64,000 bases of DNA, taken from the human T2T-CHM13v2.0 reference genome, Homo sapiens. Both the position numbers and the translations under genes were made by a program. Positions 12,861 through 26,514 of the stretch are shown here, piece after piece (position 1 is the first letter of the stretch; each line of letters opens with the position of its first letter). The notes under the pieces were generated by a model. It did not search any database. It was not told where the DNA came from and saw nothing but the letters and a program-made list of their open reading frames with translations. The stretch is taken from the NCBI RefSeq assembly GCF_009914755.1, contig NC_060930.1, one strand, 5' to 3'.

Positions 12861-14339
12861 CCTTTTCTTTCCCTGAGTGGTTGTGTTGAATGAATGAATG
12901 CATGAATGAATGAGTTTGAACCTTATCGCTAACTGCAGTGTTAAATGCATGTTTTTCTACATTTAAAACAAAATCAAAGCCTCAATGAGCAGATGGTAGA
13001 AGCTTTTATTTTCCAAGAGACAAAGAGCCTGCTCATGCCCTTTAACTCACAGCAGTGGGAGGCTGCAGTCTCCCCCATGGGTAAAGTCAGCCTGAGTAAA
13101 TCACAAATTGTCAGGAAAGCCCATCCACAGCTTTCACATTTAAAATTTTATTTAAATCATCAAAAAAAAAAATCCTGTCTTTCAGTGATCTATTTTGATA
13201 TGTGAGAAAATTAATACTTTTATGTATTAGTGTTTTTGCTTTTATTAAAATGGATTAAAAAATCCATAGTCTAAAATGAATAATCAAGTTCATCAAAAGG
13301 GGAAACAAGGGTAGCCAAAATAAAATTTTAAAATCTCAATACTTGGTATTAGCATTGACAGAGCCTAAGTTCCACAAGGATTTAAATTTGATGATGTGGA
13401 CTAAAATATGCCTACTGCCTTTATGCTGCACCTTTTATAAGTGTTATTCCAAGAAAAGCAGCGGAAACTATGCACGCTGTTTGTTATTTCACGGCATAGG
13501 ATATTTGCTGTTACCAGAGTCTCATTGTTTGAAAGAGACTTTTTTTCTAATATGAATATGAAATACCTCCTTTGGAGTCAGAGGCATGCATTAATATCTA
13601 TCATTTGCCTTTTAATGGGGCTTCTGGTGACTCCACAGTTTTAAATTTTTCTATATGTATCAAGTATTCTTGGCTGAACGTTCTTGCTATGTCCTCTACA
13701 AATATGGATGGAAATAATTATATGGAGGATGGCTTCATAAGGTGATGTCACTCCAGAGAAAACCTGCACCACAGGGAGCATTTCCAGCAAAGTATGGCAG
13801 AAACTGCAGGGTAATCAAAGTGCAAATTCCAATTTATTTAAGCAATATTGTTCTTGCTCCTCCATTTCACAAAGCTGTCCTTTCTCATTAAATTTTTGAA
13901 AGAGAAGGAATGAATTTCACCAGCAGAAATCTGAATGCTAGTTGACCTTTTTGAAAACTCTGCATGGAATGCCAGCATCAGCTGTCTTTTCACACACCAC
14001 GTGGTGACAAAAGGAAGAAATTGAGGCTTATAAGGAGTAAGTCGAATATATGCAAGACTTGATGCCATCCAGCTAGGCTTTTATTTGAAAGGAGGTCTAT
14101 GTATATTGAGGGGAGTGTATTTGTTGATGGCCCATGAAGAGCTTGAACAAGATATGTGTCTGAGGATTTCTGTGTGTTCTAGAGGGACATCCCAGGGCCT
14201 TGGTTGGATTTGATCAGGGCATAGGTGCTACTCCATAGCAAGTGCGTTTTGCTCTCTGGAGACAAACAGATGAATATAGACAGAGTTGATAACATCTGTA
14301 TATTGGTGACAATCTGACGCAGTTAAGTGCCTTTGCTTA

Positions 14340-14892
14340 TTTAATAGTTTATTCTTTTATCAGATTATTACGAACCATCAATGATGTATCAGCTGGCAAG
14401 GTACTAGGTGGAGGGATGACAAACATCAAATAAAATTCAGCTTCTGCCCTTAACAGGCTCATAATTAGAAGAGGTTTTCTTATTAGTAGGCAGAACACTA
14501 CAACTGAGTGTAATTCTGTGGTGGAAGGAGGCTCAGAGGGTGCTGTAGGAGTATCCTGAAGGAACCCTAATCCAGGTTGGTCAGAGAGGGAAGCTTCCCA
14601 GAAACAGTAATGTGTGATGTCTGATTTGAGTCTTTAATGACCAATCCATCAGGGAGGGGTGAGGCGAAAGGGTTTCAAAGCAAAGGGATGAATGTTTTCA
14701 AAGCACCAAATGTAAGAGAAAGCAAGGATAATAATAAAAGCACTTCCCTTTTGCTAGAGAGAAGGTGTGAGAATGAGGAAAGCATCAAATGGAAAAAAAA
14801 AAGAGAGAGAGAGAGTTTGTCCATTGAGTCTTACTTTCTATGTTGTGTTTAAAATATATGGGTTTTATAGTAAAGACTAGGGTAGCTATTGA
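14340..14892 (-). mobile_element. L2 (left part; resumes at 16245-16340 after a hAT insertion)
   Basis: Antisense L2 (gggtgctgtaggag...cctaatccagg...ggaagcttcccagaa...gggttttatag...gggtagctattga). Confidence 0.7.
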
Positions 14893-16244
14893 CATAATTG
14901 CTCTTAGCCTCATGCTCCAGGGGCCCTTGCTCTGGGACTCATGCTTAAGAAGGCCTGCATTTCATAGTCTCAAGAGGAGAAAATGTTATGAAAGAATACA
15001 AGGCCACTTCTATCTGTACTCAGGTTTTAGTACTTATTGCTGGCCCAGTTCAACACATCATTTCAAGCATCAGCTTTTGTGACTAACATTTAGTCCCCGG
15101 GCAAACACTTCTCTACATCTCTGGCACTGTGTATAGAGGGAATGAGGTCCGCACGCTGTGAGGGTCTATGGATATGCCACTGCCAGCCCTGGAAATGGAC
15201 ACTGCTTCGAAAATAGGAAGAACGTAAGAGGGAAAAAGTGGAGAGAATTTAAAATTTTAAAATATTTATATTAACTGATCACCAGTTCTCAGATAACATG
15301 CTTGAAGAGCATTCTTGTGTAACTAAGAACAATTTCCAAACAGGACAAAAAGAGGTCCATTTACTTGTTTCCCTTCAGGTTCTAGTTTGTAGAAAAAAGG
15401 AGACAAGAATTAGGGTGGTATTTCCAAACTTTGCATATGAAGATTAAGAAATATTTTACACTGTTAAATATTTATAATTACTCAAAGTATTTCTTTCTCT
15501 CTCTCTATATATATATATCCCTACACATACACATGCAATATATGCATAAATATATATATACATAAAACTACATAATTTTATGTTGAATGATAAAATGGCT
15601 TTATTTATATCAAAAGATTTAATTCTTAAACATTATAAAAATTTAAACTTTACTTTGAAATATTTTATTTAATATTTTGATTTATAATGATTTGTCTTTT
15701 GCCTTTTAATTTTATAGGCAATTTTGAATATTTTGAAAGAAAAGATTTTGAAAATATGAACAATAACTTTTTTACATTTAATTTACATCTTCAATGAAAA
15801 TATATTCCAGTTTTGTATACTTTGAATACTTTCAATCTTTTATATCGTTATTATCTCTAGAACATTAATTATATACACATCTTCAACATGACATAATTAG
15901 TAATTTTTCTAAAATTGATATTACAGAATATATAATCACAAATACATTTTTATGACTTACTTTTCATTTTAACATCATCAGACTCTAAAAAGAATACTCA
16001 GAAATGTACAATAATACAGTTTAGTTATTTTTACTTTGTCCCTAACCACATTCCTGCAACAAGCATAGCTTTACATGTATGTTGAGATTTTTTCAGTATG
16101 GAGGCATATTTTTCACAGAAGGGGGACATATTCTGTTTATCAGCTTGTTATATTGATTTATAGTTTGTATAGATTTAACTCTATGTTGTGGGTATCCATC
16201 TGTACTCTTGCCCCAGGCCCTGCAATGTGTTAAGAGTGGGTCTG
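14893..16244 (-). mobile_element. hAT-Tip100 DNA transposon fossil, Arthur1-like
   Basis: The right end read on the minus strand is cagacccactcttaacacattgcagggcctggggcaagagtacagatgg, like the Arthur1 terminus. Left end is cataattgctctta. Degenerate 8-bp TSD gctattga (14885-14892) / gttactga (16245-16252). The element splits a collinear L2. Confidence 0.65.
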
Positions 16245-16340
16245 GTTACTGAATATCTTCAGCAAGGGAGTAGCGTGATTGATACTGCATTTGAGGACGA
16301 TTACTCCAGTGGAGACAATGACATCAGTTAGGAGGTTGAG
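16245..16340 (-). mobile_element. L2 (continuation after hAT insertion)
   Basis: cagcaagggagtagcgtgatt...tgcatttgaggacgattactcc...cagttaggagg continues the L2 consensus from 14892. Confidence 0.6.
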
Positions 16341-17919
16341 CTACCTCTTCGTGAGTAGCGTTTTCTATCTGTAGCTGGAGCTTCTGAATGAACCCTCTGA
16401 CTTCTTCCCATAGCCTATCATCTGAGAAGTTTTGAGCCCTGCAACTATAGGTTTCCTTGTCAGCAAGTTCCTGGCCATAGGCCTATCCATTTTCAGACCA
16501 GGCATTTTGACAGCTCAACCACATTTCTGGATAAATTGAAGGTCTTCTACTCTTAACTAAAAGGAAAATTGAGAATCCACAGGAGTCTATCTTGAGTTTC
16601 AAACCCAAGGTTCATGCAATATCTAACAACAACCATTAACCACAGAGATTGTTCAGGCAAAATAACAATGTTTTGAGTCCATAGCAAACTCATTGGCAAG
16701 AAAGCCCACCAGATTTGAGCAGCAAAATAAAGACAACTCTCATTTAGAGTATGTGAAACCTCCAACCTGACCACTACCCCAGGGGCTCTGTAAGGTTTCC
16801 CTCAATCCTCTCAGGTTGCAGTTTTCCACTCTGATCCACCACAGGCTCCTGTGGAGTCAGCCATCTGATGTCTTCAAGTAAGAAATACAGAAGAGCCAGG
16901 TGGGTTTGAGATGCTATTGCAAATATCCTGCATAGATTCGTTTTATGGGCAGAAGGGAATTAGGAGAACAGAAACCAGTTTTTTCTTTTTCTAAAGCACT
17001 TTTTATTCTGGCTTCGACCTAAAATTGAAGGGGAAGTCTCCTGCCTACTGTCAAGCTGAAATAAGTTGTAGAATGCAACCTAAACAACAGCCAGAGATTC
17101 TAATTAAAGTTTTTCTTAGACTGACACACTTAGAAAGCTTTCTTCTCTATTTTTATCTAAAGAAAAGTAGAGAAGTTAAATTTGATGGTGATGCCTTGAT
17201 GACATCAACTTTCTAAAACGAGAAGCGAATTTTGTTTAGAAAACACACTCTGTATAATCTTAGAACGCTTTCGTTTTATCATGTTTGAGAGGAGAATGTA
17301 TCTTGATGTGAATACTGAAGGTTAATGCATACTAAATTATTAACCAGGAGATGAAATTGAGTAGTTCTGATAAATTCAAGTTTATATGTATAAATGTATA
17401 ATTTATGTATACATGCGTAAATTTACATATATGATAATATAGAGATGGGGTAGTAAAGTAGTATTTTAATAAACAATGTAATTTCTGTTTTCAATTTGCA
17501 CAGAATTTATGAATTTCTCATCACATCAGTAGTAATTCTGAGATGGATTTAGGTAATTAAAACTAGATTTAAAATGATTTTAAAATCTATTACAGTGATT
17601 ACTCTTATTAGCAGTTTTATTTTGCTCTAATACATTTTATTCTATTTTATGCACCACATCTCTCCATTTCCCATAGGAGTGAGAAGTGTCAGCATCATCA
17701 ACTCCAAAGACAGCTTTATACAAGATTAGCATCTTCAACAAGAATGTCAGAGGCATGAAAATGAGGAAAATGTAATCACAATCACTCACTATGAATTTCC
17801 TGGGACAAAATTAAACTTAAATGGCAACAAAAGGTGAACTTGGTTAAAATGATTGATGGACAGTTCTTCCTTGCTAAATTTCATTCAAAATAGTATAGGT
17901 CATATCCAAGTATGTTCTC

Positions 17920-18182
17920 ATCAAAGAGTGGATTGCGTTCTGGTCTTGGTCTTGGGTCTGCTGCTTAATCCATGTGGGAACTTAGTCAAGTGAAACTAAC
18001 TTTTTCCTTCCTCAGTGGACTCAACTGTAAAATGGGTAGAATAACAGTACTTGTTAGGATGTCATCTAAGTGAAATAGTACTTACATTTAATTGTAAGAA
18101 TTAAATGACATGGTATGAGTGAAGCACTCAGCACAGAGCCTGGGAGTAGTGAGCACCATCATATATATTAACCATTATTGTA
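17920..18182 (+). mobile_element. MIR SINE
   Basis: cctcagtggactcaactgtaaaatgggtagaataacagtac...gtaagaattaaatga...gaagcactcagcacagagcctgg. Confidence 0.75.
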
Positions 18183-19771
18183 GTACCTGGAAACTGTGTT
18201 TTACTTGAACAGCTGTGTTTTTCTTGTTACTTATCTACAATTGACCACACTGGATATTTGTTTTGAGCCATAATGAGGATGAAGTGGAAAGATAAACCCA
18301 TTTATCCCTCCTATTATAATTGTAAAGAGTCATTTTTAGTGAACTTCAATTATAAACTCAGGGACAAGAATATTCTTTATGAGAGCAAAGAAAGAGAGCA
18401 GAGGCTGCAAAGAATTGTGTCCCACTTAGACATTCCCTCGCAAGCCCCAGAACAAAAGAAAATTGGTCGCAAACAACAATTCTTTTAGCCACCTGGATCA
18501 TGTCTGGCCAGGATAGAAGAAAACGGTTCTTGTTTCACTAATGGAATTTTAAAAGCATTGCTCCCAATCTTTCTGTGGGTAAGTTTAGACTCAGTAGAGA
18601 GCTCAGCCTGATGTGCAACAAATCTGGAGTTGTTGTGTGGCTCTCTTAGATGCCTGAATACATTAAAGGTGTGTAGCCCCAACTGAGAGCCTTGCACAGT
18701 AAGCACATGAGGGCACAAGCCACAGAATGGAAAACTCACAGCTTAGCAATTTGGGATATTTATTTTGTCTACTTTTAAAATATTTAGTCTGGAATATTTA
18801 AACTAATATTTGATTGGTGTACACACTTGTCCAAATTTACAGCAGCTGACACTGCATGGAGCTTTGGAGACGCAGGTTCACGGCTAGCTGATTGTTTAGA
18901 AAGCTCATATGTGAAAAGCCAGATCTTTCTGCGAATGTAGATAAAAAGTGGGTCAAGCCAAGTTTATGGAAAATGAGATAATGGGAGATTCGGAGAATAT
19001 TCCCATGGGGGCCAGTTTTTCTGATGTCCAACTGAACTACATATTAATGAAGGATGAAAACCTCTCACAACTGATAAGCAGGCTGTCTCCTGGCAATTAT
19101 CATAGCTTCTGTTGCAAAATAGGTACATTATTTGGACTTTATCCATTCCTTGACTTGCTCTCTGTGAGGAAGCACAGTCTCAAATAATTGCAGGTCTATT
19201 AGCACATCAATTACCTAAAGACCTTGATTTTAGCAAGGAGTGGATTTTAATCAATTGCTGCAAATGTTATCGAGAGATTAGTTGTCCCAGAGAATAAAAT
19301 TAACTACAATTAGACTGTAATAACTTGTGAGTGCCACTAGCATATATTTTCTAGTTCCTGTACAATTAATGCATTTTACTGCTTCCTGTATAAAAAACAT
19401 TTAGACTTTTTCATAATAACTTGAATTAATGTTACCTTTTTAATTTCCTTCCTTGTAAGGAACCAAAAGGACACAACTAAACTAATACATAAATAACTTG
19501 CACTTTAATATATTGAGTTCTTACTAAACAAGACAATTTAAGATAATTAATAGAAACTAAAGAGTTTATTAAAGCAGAATTTTATTTCAGTCCTGAAATT
19601 GAATCCAGTGTTTTTAAAGCATTAGTGATTGGACAGAGGGAATGATGGGGGGAGATAAGAGAAAATACATCACGGTTCAGTGATGGTCAATTGAGGTAAA
19701 AATGACAACATGGCAGATCTGGGGACATGTGAACATTCAGTCATGCATCCAGAAACACCTGAGGAGGGAAC

Positions 19772-20127
19772 TGTACTAGTCTGTTCTCATGCTGCTAATA
19801 AAGACATACCCAAGACTGGGTAATTTATAAAGGTAGGAGGTTTAATTGACTCACAGTTTCACATGGCTGGGAATGCCTCACAATCATGGTGGAAGGCGAA
19901 TGAGGAGCAAAGTTATGACTTACATGGCGGCAGGCAAGGGAGCTTGTGCAGGGGAATTCCCATGTATAAAACCATCAGCTCTCGTGAGACTTATTCACTA
20001 CCACAAGAGCAGATGGGGGAAGCTGCCCCCTATGATTCAATTATCTCTACCTGGCCTCACCCTTGACATGTGGGGATTATTACAATTTAAGGTGAGATTT
20101 GAGTGGGGACACAGCCAAACCATATCA
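19772..20127 (-). mobile_element. THE1 (THE1C-like) solo LTR, ERVL-MaLR
   Basis: tgtactagtc...ggggacacagccaaaccatatca is a complete antisense THE1 LTR. Perfect 5-bp TSD GGAAC at 19767-19771 and 20128-20132. Confidence 0.95.
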
Positions 20128-21127
20128 GGAACTTATTAAAGTGTTGCACTTGCTGTATTCAAAGTGAATGAGAGACTATTATGGTGTCTATAATAATTTA
20201 CTTCTAAATACTTTGACACATACTATGCAATATAAAGCATGTGCTACTTAGTTTGAACTTCAATTCTAGGGCCAGTCACTTTCTCTGATCAAGAATCGAC
20301 ACTCCAATGGTGGTAGCTAGCATTATATGAGGAAGGCTAATTCTAAGGGTGGCTACTAAAAGCCCCATATCTTAAACAGCACCTGAGGATATGCTAATTA
20401 GCATAGCGAATGTCAGACATGGATTTGTTCAGTGTACTTGTGGCCTGTTATTTAGCAAGACTGGTAGAACTGCACTCTGACTGATTAGATGACATGAAAA
20501 TTGTCTCAGAGATGTGACTTAGCTAAAATCTTTTTGTTGATATTACAAGGACTTGCATGGACAGCATGTAGGAATTCAGGGAGACTCAAAACCAGCTTTC
20601 TCAAGGATGGCCCTGATGCTTGATTCCTTAAAGGCTCTGTGGCTGGTTCTCGATTGCTTGGTATGATAAAAGTCACAGTTTCCCACCTCCAGAATGTTTT
20701 AATATCTATTTTGAGTGAAACTTTCATGTAGGGTGGTGGTTGCAGCATCTACACAGGCAGAAGGTGAGATTTTGTGTAATTATTTCAGGTTTGATTGCAC
20801 ATAAAAAGTTTAATATATTCAATATTTGTAGCAGAACTTGGCTGAAAACTTACTTTCATTATAACCTGGTAAAAGGTTGTAGAGGAATAGCGAACTTCCA
20901 TTCACCTCAAATTGTTCAGTGATTAACTTTCTTCACCAAAAATAATTTAAGAGTTGTTCTTGTCTAAATTGGCTGAAGACACTTTGCAGCAGTACATTGG
21001 ATTATTCCTGTTTGGGAAATAGGTAACAGTACTTACTCCCTTTGAAGACTGCAAAGTTCAGATATATGTAAGTTAACTTACGATCTTCCTAGTGTTGTAG
21101 GAGGACTCCAATACTTTGAGGCTAAAA

Positions 21128-21590
21128 CATGAATTTTTAACCTAAATATTGACCCTGGATGTGTAAAAATTATTAGTTTTGTGATCCAATAACAGAATTT
21201 AGTACTTACTTCATTTTTGAATGTAGACAAACTACATATTACAGGTGCCTATAATTTTGTTACCAATATGAATCACAGAAATTTTTCATGACATCTTATG
21301 GTTGTTATACATAACTCTAAAGATTATTTAGGATCATCACCACTTGAAAATTATGGTAGTTATTAGAGCAACTGCTAAATCTCTTTGTTTAACATATCAG
21401 TAAATAATTAATGCTAATTACTACATTGTTAACTTTTTTCTTATATTTTGAAATTTAATTTCAGTATAATTGGCTTTCTTCTTCATTCTATGTATTTTAT
21501 GAATTTAAAAACATTATTTGGGGAAGGGGATCAGTAGAAATCGCCAGACTGAAAAGGGCTTCATGGCACAATAAAGAGTAAGAACCCCTC
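21128..21590 (-). mobile_element. hAT-Charlie fossil, MER119-like
   Basis: aaaaacattatttggggaagggg...ccagactg...catggcacaataaagagtaagaacccct terminus; degenerate opposite TIR catgaatttttaacct. Confidence 0.65.
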
Positions 21591-22359
21591 ACCCAGAAGG
21601 TTCCTTCAATGCCAATACCATTCCCAAAATTAATCCAAGTTGCCTGAACTATTTCCTTGTTTATGTGATGTCATAAAAGTGAATGATGTGCATGTATCTG
21701 TGTGTGTAGGATGGGTTGGGTTGAACTGTCATAAATTAAAAAATAAGGGCAGCCAGTGTGGCAGATTCAGGAAAGGAAGATAATGGAGTAAGAGTAAATT
21801 TGTTGTAGGTTTTCTTAAAAATCTTTTTTCCATAACATCGTGCTGCATCATCAATTAAAAGGAAAAAAAAAGCTTATTTTCCAGTTTGTTGGATAGAGGA
21901 AGAAAATTTCATGGGGAACCATTTATTAAGTACCTTAACCTGACTTCTCTCCTGCCTCTACATATCCTCTTATGGGCAAAGAGGCTCATGACTAACATAG
22001 GCATTTGGGATAAAGGATACACAGCTATATTATTGGACCACAGACTTTAAGGCCTTGGGCCAACCACCTCAATGTTCTGGGTTTAATTTTAGTGGAGAAA
22101 AAAGTATCTGACAGCACTTTTGACTCCGCTTCCTTACCTTCATATGTGTGTTGCTCAAATTAGAAAGGGGTTTCCTGATCCTTGACTGCACTAATGTAGA
22201 GGTGTCTATGCATGGCAGGTCTTCCTGGAGAACCCTTGATCTGCTCATTTGTGAAACCTGGAGAAAAATGATTGAATGCCAGTGAAGTCATGGATAGGAC
22301 TTTCATAGGTCTTGTTTGACTGCTCAGACATAAGTCTTATTAATATCTGTCACTGGAAA

Positions 22360-22501
22360 CCTTAGTGTGGAAAAGCAAAAGCTATGAACACTGACTTGTC
22401 AGGTTTGAGTCCTGACTATGCATGTCCCTTATTAGTTAAATGACTTTATGCAAGTCACTTCCTCTTCTAAAACTTCAGTTTCCACATCTATGAAATGGCA
22501 G

Positions 22502-22533
<32 letters not shown>

Positions 22534-22610
22534 TTTATCATTTCGTCTCCCTTTTGGGATGCTGTGAGGTTTAAATCACATGCAGATGATATCTAGCATA
22601 ACGTACTTAT
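22360..22610 (+). mobile_element. MIR SINE containing a (TCA)10 microsatellite at 22502-22531
   Basis: gcaagtcacttcctcttctaaaacttcagtttccacatctatgaaatgg core; repeat read directly. Confidence 0.75.
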
Positions 22611-22904
22611 GGAATGCGGAATGTGAATGACTCCATATTCATTCTTTTGGAGTCAAATAGCTCTTGGATGCTCAATAGCCTCTACTAGGGCAAATTTGCT
22701 CTCTTGGAAAAGCCTGTTGAAAGAAATTTTCTTTTGTTTCTCATATTTCTTTTTCTAAAAGTGTGGGGAAGAGCTACAACTTGTCTTTATTGCCATTTCA
22801 GTGAATAAAGACCAAGTACTTCATGGTAGAGATTAATGGTCTGAGGGAACACAGTAAGATTAAGCAGCAGAAACACAGTGCCTTATTTTCTACATAAAAA
22901 CATA

Positions 22905-23075
22905 TTCTTTCATTTATTCAGTCATTCAATAAACACTTCTTCATTTCAGATTGTCATATCAAAAACCTGGGAAAAATAGGGTAGAAAAAACAAAATGTTT
23001 GTTGATAGGAGCTGTGGTCTTTTTCTTCAAGTAGCTTCCATTGTAGTTGGAGAAAGAAGACATCAATTAACATTG
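22905..23075 (-). mobile_element. L2 3' end
   Basis: tcatttattcagtcattcaataaacac...ttcaagtagcttccattgtagttggagaaag. Confidence 0.55.
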
Positions 23076-23234
23076 TAATTGGAGAACAAAACATTATCAA
23101 ACATAAGTGTTTCTGAAAAACTCAAGTATCTTGTTCTTTTATATCTGTCTGCATCTCATGAATTGCTATACTGTCCACATTGCTCTCTCAATCTAAGAGT
23201 TCTCTTTGTTCCTTTTTTAAAATTTCTTTACATT

Positions 23235-23998
23235 TAATTCATTAGCAAATCTGCTCTTTTTCACTCAGAGACATAAAGTGAACCCAATCATTTCTAGACC
23301 AAGACACATTCATTGCTTCCCTGGATGACTGAAATAGGCTCCTAGAGCATCTCCTTGCTTTCAATCTTCCAAAATCAATTATCCACACAACAGCAAGAGT
23401 GATGTGTAAAAATATATATAATATAGATCATGTCACTTACCTGCTTAAAACCATCTAATAATTTCCCTTCTCATTTGGACTAAAACTCCAATGCATTAAC
23501 CTGGCTTTCAGAGCCCAGCAGGAGATACTCATGTGTCCTCTCTGTTTCTCTCATCATCTTCCAGGCTCTCTCCCATTTCAGGGTCTTCACGTTAGCCATT
23601 CCCTCTGCCTTTTACTACCCTCCCCTTTGATATTCATAATTCACATTGCTAGCTTTTTTAAAATGTCATTCAGTTTTCAAAGAGATATTTTATGTGCATT
23701 AGATCACTTGGCATCATTTCAACTTATTCTAATTCTCTGTTTTGCAATTATCACTATTAGATTTTTGCTTGCTAGTTTATCCTGTGTACCAAGCACCATC
23801 TAAATCCTTATGCATTTTAGTTGCATCCCCTTCTCGGTGATCTCCTGTGCTCCTAGAGTTTCAATGAACATCCACATGCATGATTCACCATGGTGGGAAC
23901 CTTGCCTCCTCTTATTCACTGTTGTATGCCTAGATTTAGCACCTGGTGTAGCACATAGGAGGAACTCAATGAACATCTATTGAATGGATGATTGATGA
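23235..23998 (+). mobile_element. L2a
   Basis: tccacacaacagcaagagtgat...gatcatgtcacttacctgcttaaaacc...ttcactgttgtatgcctag...gcacataggaggaactcaatgaacatctattgaatggatg. Confidence 0.8.
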
Positions 23999-23999
23999 T

Positions 24000-24875
24000 T
24001 CCAAGATCTGTCTATCATTCATAACCTTCCCCTGGACTTCACAGCCATTAACGGCTACTCGATGGAAATACAGGGATTAAAAAATTGTGTTCAAAATGGA
24101 ATTTATCACTTTCTCCCAAACTGTCATTTTTATTTGTGCTCTGTACATCAGTGAATGTTACTAGCATCTCCAGCATTGCCTGAGCCAGTAACACTGACTT
24201 AATGGCGATCCTGAGCAAATCTCTCCTCAGCCTAAAACATTTTAATGGTTACCAATTGCTAGTGGGATACTATAGTTCTAACTCTTTAACAGGCCCTTCC
24301 AAGGTCTTCATGAGCTAGAACTTCCTTCTCTAGTTTTATAGCTGTCAACTACGTCTATACTCCTGCATCCCTCCATATTGTATGCTCTGATGCTTCCATA
24401 TAAATGCCTGCTCCTATGTAAGTTGCCATGCCTTCTGATCCCTCAGACTATAACACACTTCTCCTCTCCTGCCCCCACCAGCACCTGCTCATGCCCTGCC
24501 CTGATAGCAACCCCATGCAAGCCTCTCCTCCTTGAAAACTTCCCATCCCTTCTCAAGATTCATTTGCTCTGGGAAATGAGCTGTCTCTCTTGGCCTCCCT
24601 GGCATTCTAATACACATGGTTCTGACTCAGGATGCCTGGAGCAGAGTCCAGAGAATATGTATTTTTAAAGAGCCCTCCAGGTGATATGCATGCAGCACTA
24701 TCATGAATCATCATTTAGAAAATACTAACACACTAGATTGTAGTTGTCCATTTATTTGTCTGCATTCTCCACTAACCTGTGAGTTCTATGAGGCAGGGAA
24801 CATATCTATCTTGTTCACTTTCTAAGAAACACTTACTCTGGCAATAAAAGACACTCAATAAATATTTGTCAAATT
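24000..24875 (+). mobile_element. L2 with a nested MER5-like hAT (~24605-24730)
   Basis: L2 tail ccactaacctgtgagttctatgaggcagggaa...actcaataaatatttg; MER5 signature ttctgactcag...gaatatgtatttttaaagagccctccaggtgat. Confidence 0.65.
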
Positions 24876-25336
24876 ATTCTGAAACCTTTGTGACTCCTCT
24901 TTGACTAGCCAGGGGCTCTGTCCTGTAACTGTAGGGTTGGAAGGTAGGAGTTTCTGGGTAAATGAAATGTAACTAAGCCATTTTAGTAGGACCTGTCTCA
25001 CACCAACTTATCATCATATTATTCAAATTTCTCCCATGGCATTGAAATCATTCCTAGAATTGTTCATGAGACATATATGAGAGCTCAAATCCTGAATGCT
25101 AATTGTTCCTCATTTTTTATATAGAAATGAAAAAAAATTGCTAAAAGTCAAAGCCAATATTAGCTTCCTTGACATATCATTATTCCTTATTCTTGACCAA
25201 TATTTACTAAGTGCTTCTTTTGAGAATAACATTGTAGAATATGTGTTAAGAATAAATTGTTAAGTATAAATGTCATTACAAAAGTCCAGGTAAATGTCAA
25301 GGTAAATGTAAGTAATGTTGAATTAGATGGAACTTT

Positions 25337-25360
25337 ACACACACACACACACACACACAC
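25337..25360. repeat. (AC)12 microsatellite
   Basis: Direct reading. Confidence 0.95.
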
Positions 25361-26059
25361 ATGCACATTTTAAGCTGGGGTAATATTGTTGCCTGTGAAT
25401 GTTAAGTAATATTTTTCCAAGCGTTATGCTGAAAGTAACTTGAATGTTGTCAGTTGAAATAGAAATGAAATGCTTTCCCCCTTAACGACTATTTTTTCTG
25501 TGTAGCCCCTTGTGTTCTACTTACCAGTTTCCACGAATCATCATAGTGCAGCTTTTTAAATTTTTTTGTCATTCCCCTTCTCTCTTTGTCTCCATACAAA
25601 TAATAAAAGGTATCTTAAACTATGTTTGAAAATCAATCCTAATCCTTGTGTTTTTAAAATGACATAATTAAATATGATTACTCCAGGGTGTTTCTATGAC
25701 TCAGAAATCCACATAAGATAAAAAGAATTGCTCAGATAATTTACATGACTTTCTACTTTCGTATTCAGGATGAAATCTGTCTGTCTTCAAATTACACAGG
25801 ATAGTCAATTTCTTAAAATATTTGTATCTGACTATTAATATACATAGTTAAGGTAGCACAATTTGATAATTTACTAAAGTATAAAAAGCAACCCATAATG
25901 CCATATGTGGCAATAATCATGGTTAATATCTGATGTTTCTACTTCTTTTAAGGGAATGCAAAATAAGACTTCTCCTCAACTGATATCCTCTATCAGCCAG
26001 TGGAAGCTGCTTGGAATACTGTTTAGAGAAAGGCAGGAGCCAGCTTCTCAGCCCAAATG

Positions 26060-26470
26060 GAAAGATAACTAATGATTGGTTAGGAAAGGTTAACACGGCC
26101 ATGGGTGGTGGAAGGGGCGCTGTAAATGTGTGGGAACCATGCCATGTATTTGCTCTCTCTGATGTTAATATAATAGCCATGTGAACATGCATAAGTAAAA
26201 CTTATTTTTTAGTATAAATAAGGCTAATTCTTAAGATTACATAGTGAAAGTATTCAGAAAGCTTTCAAACCCTCCTGCTCAGCCTGTAATGTCCTCTTAA
26301 ATGTGGAGAGTTAAGTATATTTATTGAATTTACAGCATTAACAAATGTGCATTTTATTTGGTATTCCCTCTGCCATGGGCATGCGCTTTCTATTAAGTGC
26401 ATTCTTTCTCGAAAAATACATATTTCCTGCTAAACGCTACCAAATATGTGGGATTCACCTATTAATTATT
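26060..26470. promoter_or_regulatory. Candidate promoter/enhancer (NF-Y, GATA, GC-box-like and NRF1-like motifs)
   Basis: Reverse CCAAT box aTGATTGGtt (ATTGG 26075-26079), AGATAA 26063-26068, GGGGCG 26114-26119, TGGGCATGCGCT 26376-26387; no recognisable repeat. Confidence 0.3.
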
Positions 26471-26514
26471 ACCTTTTAAAACATACTTGCTATTCTTTGC
26501 TTAGTGTTTTGCTC

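Noticed and set aside
19846-20139. 97-aa and 67-aa ORFs
   Set aside because: They lie essentially within the antisense THE1 LTR.
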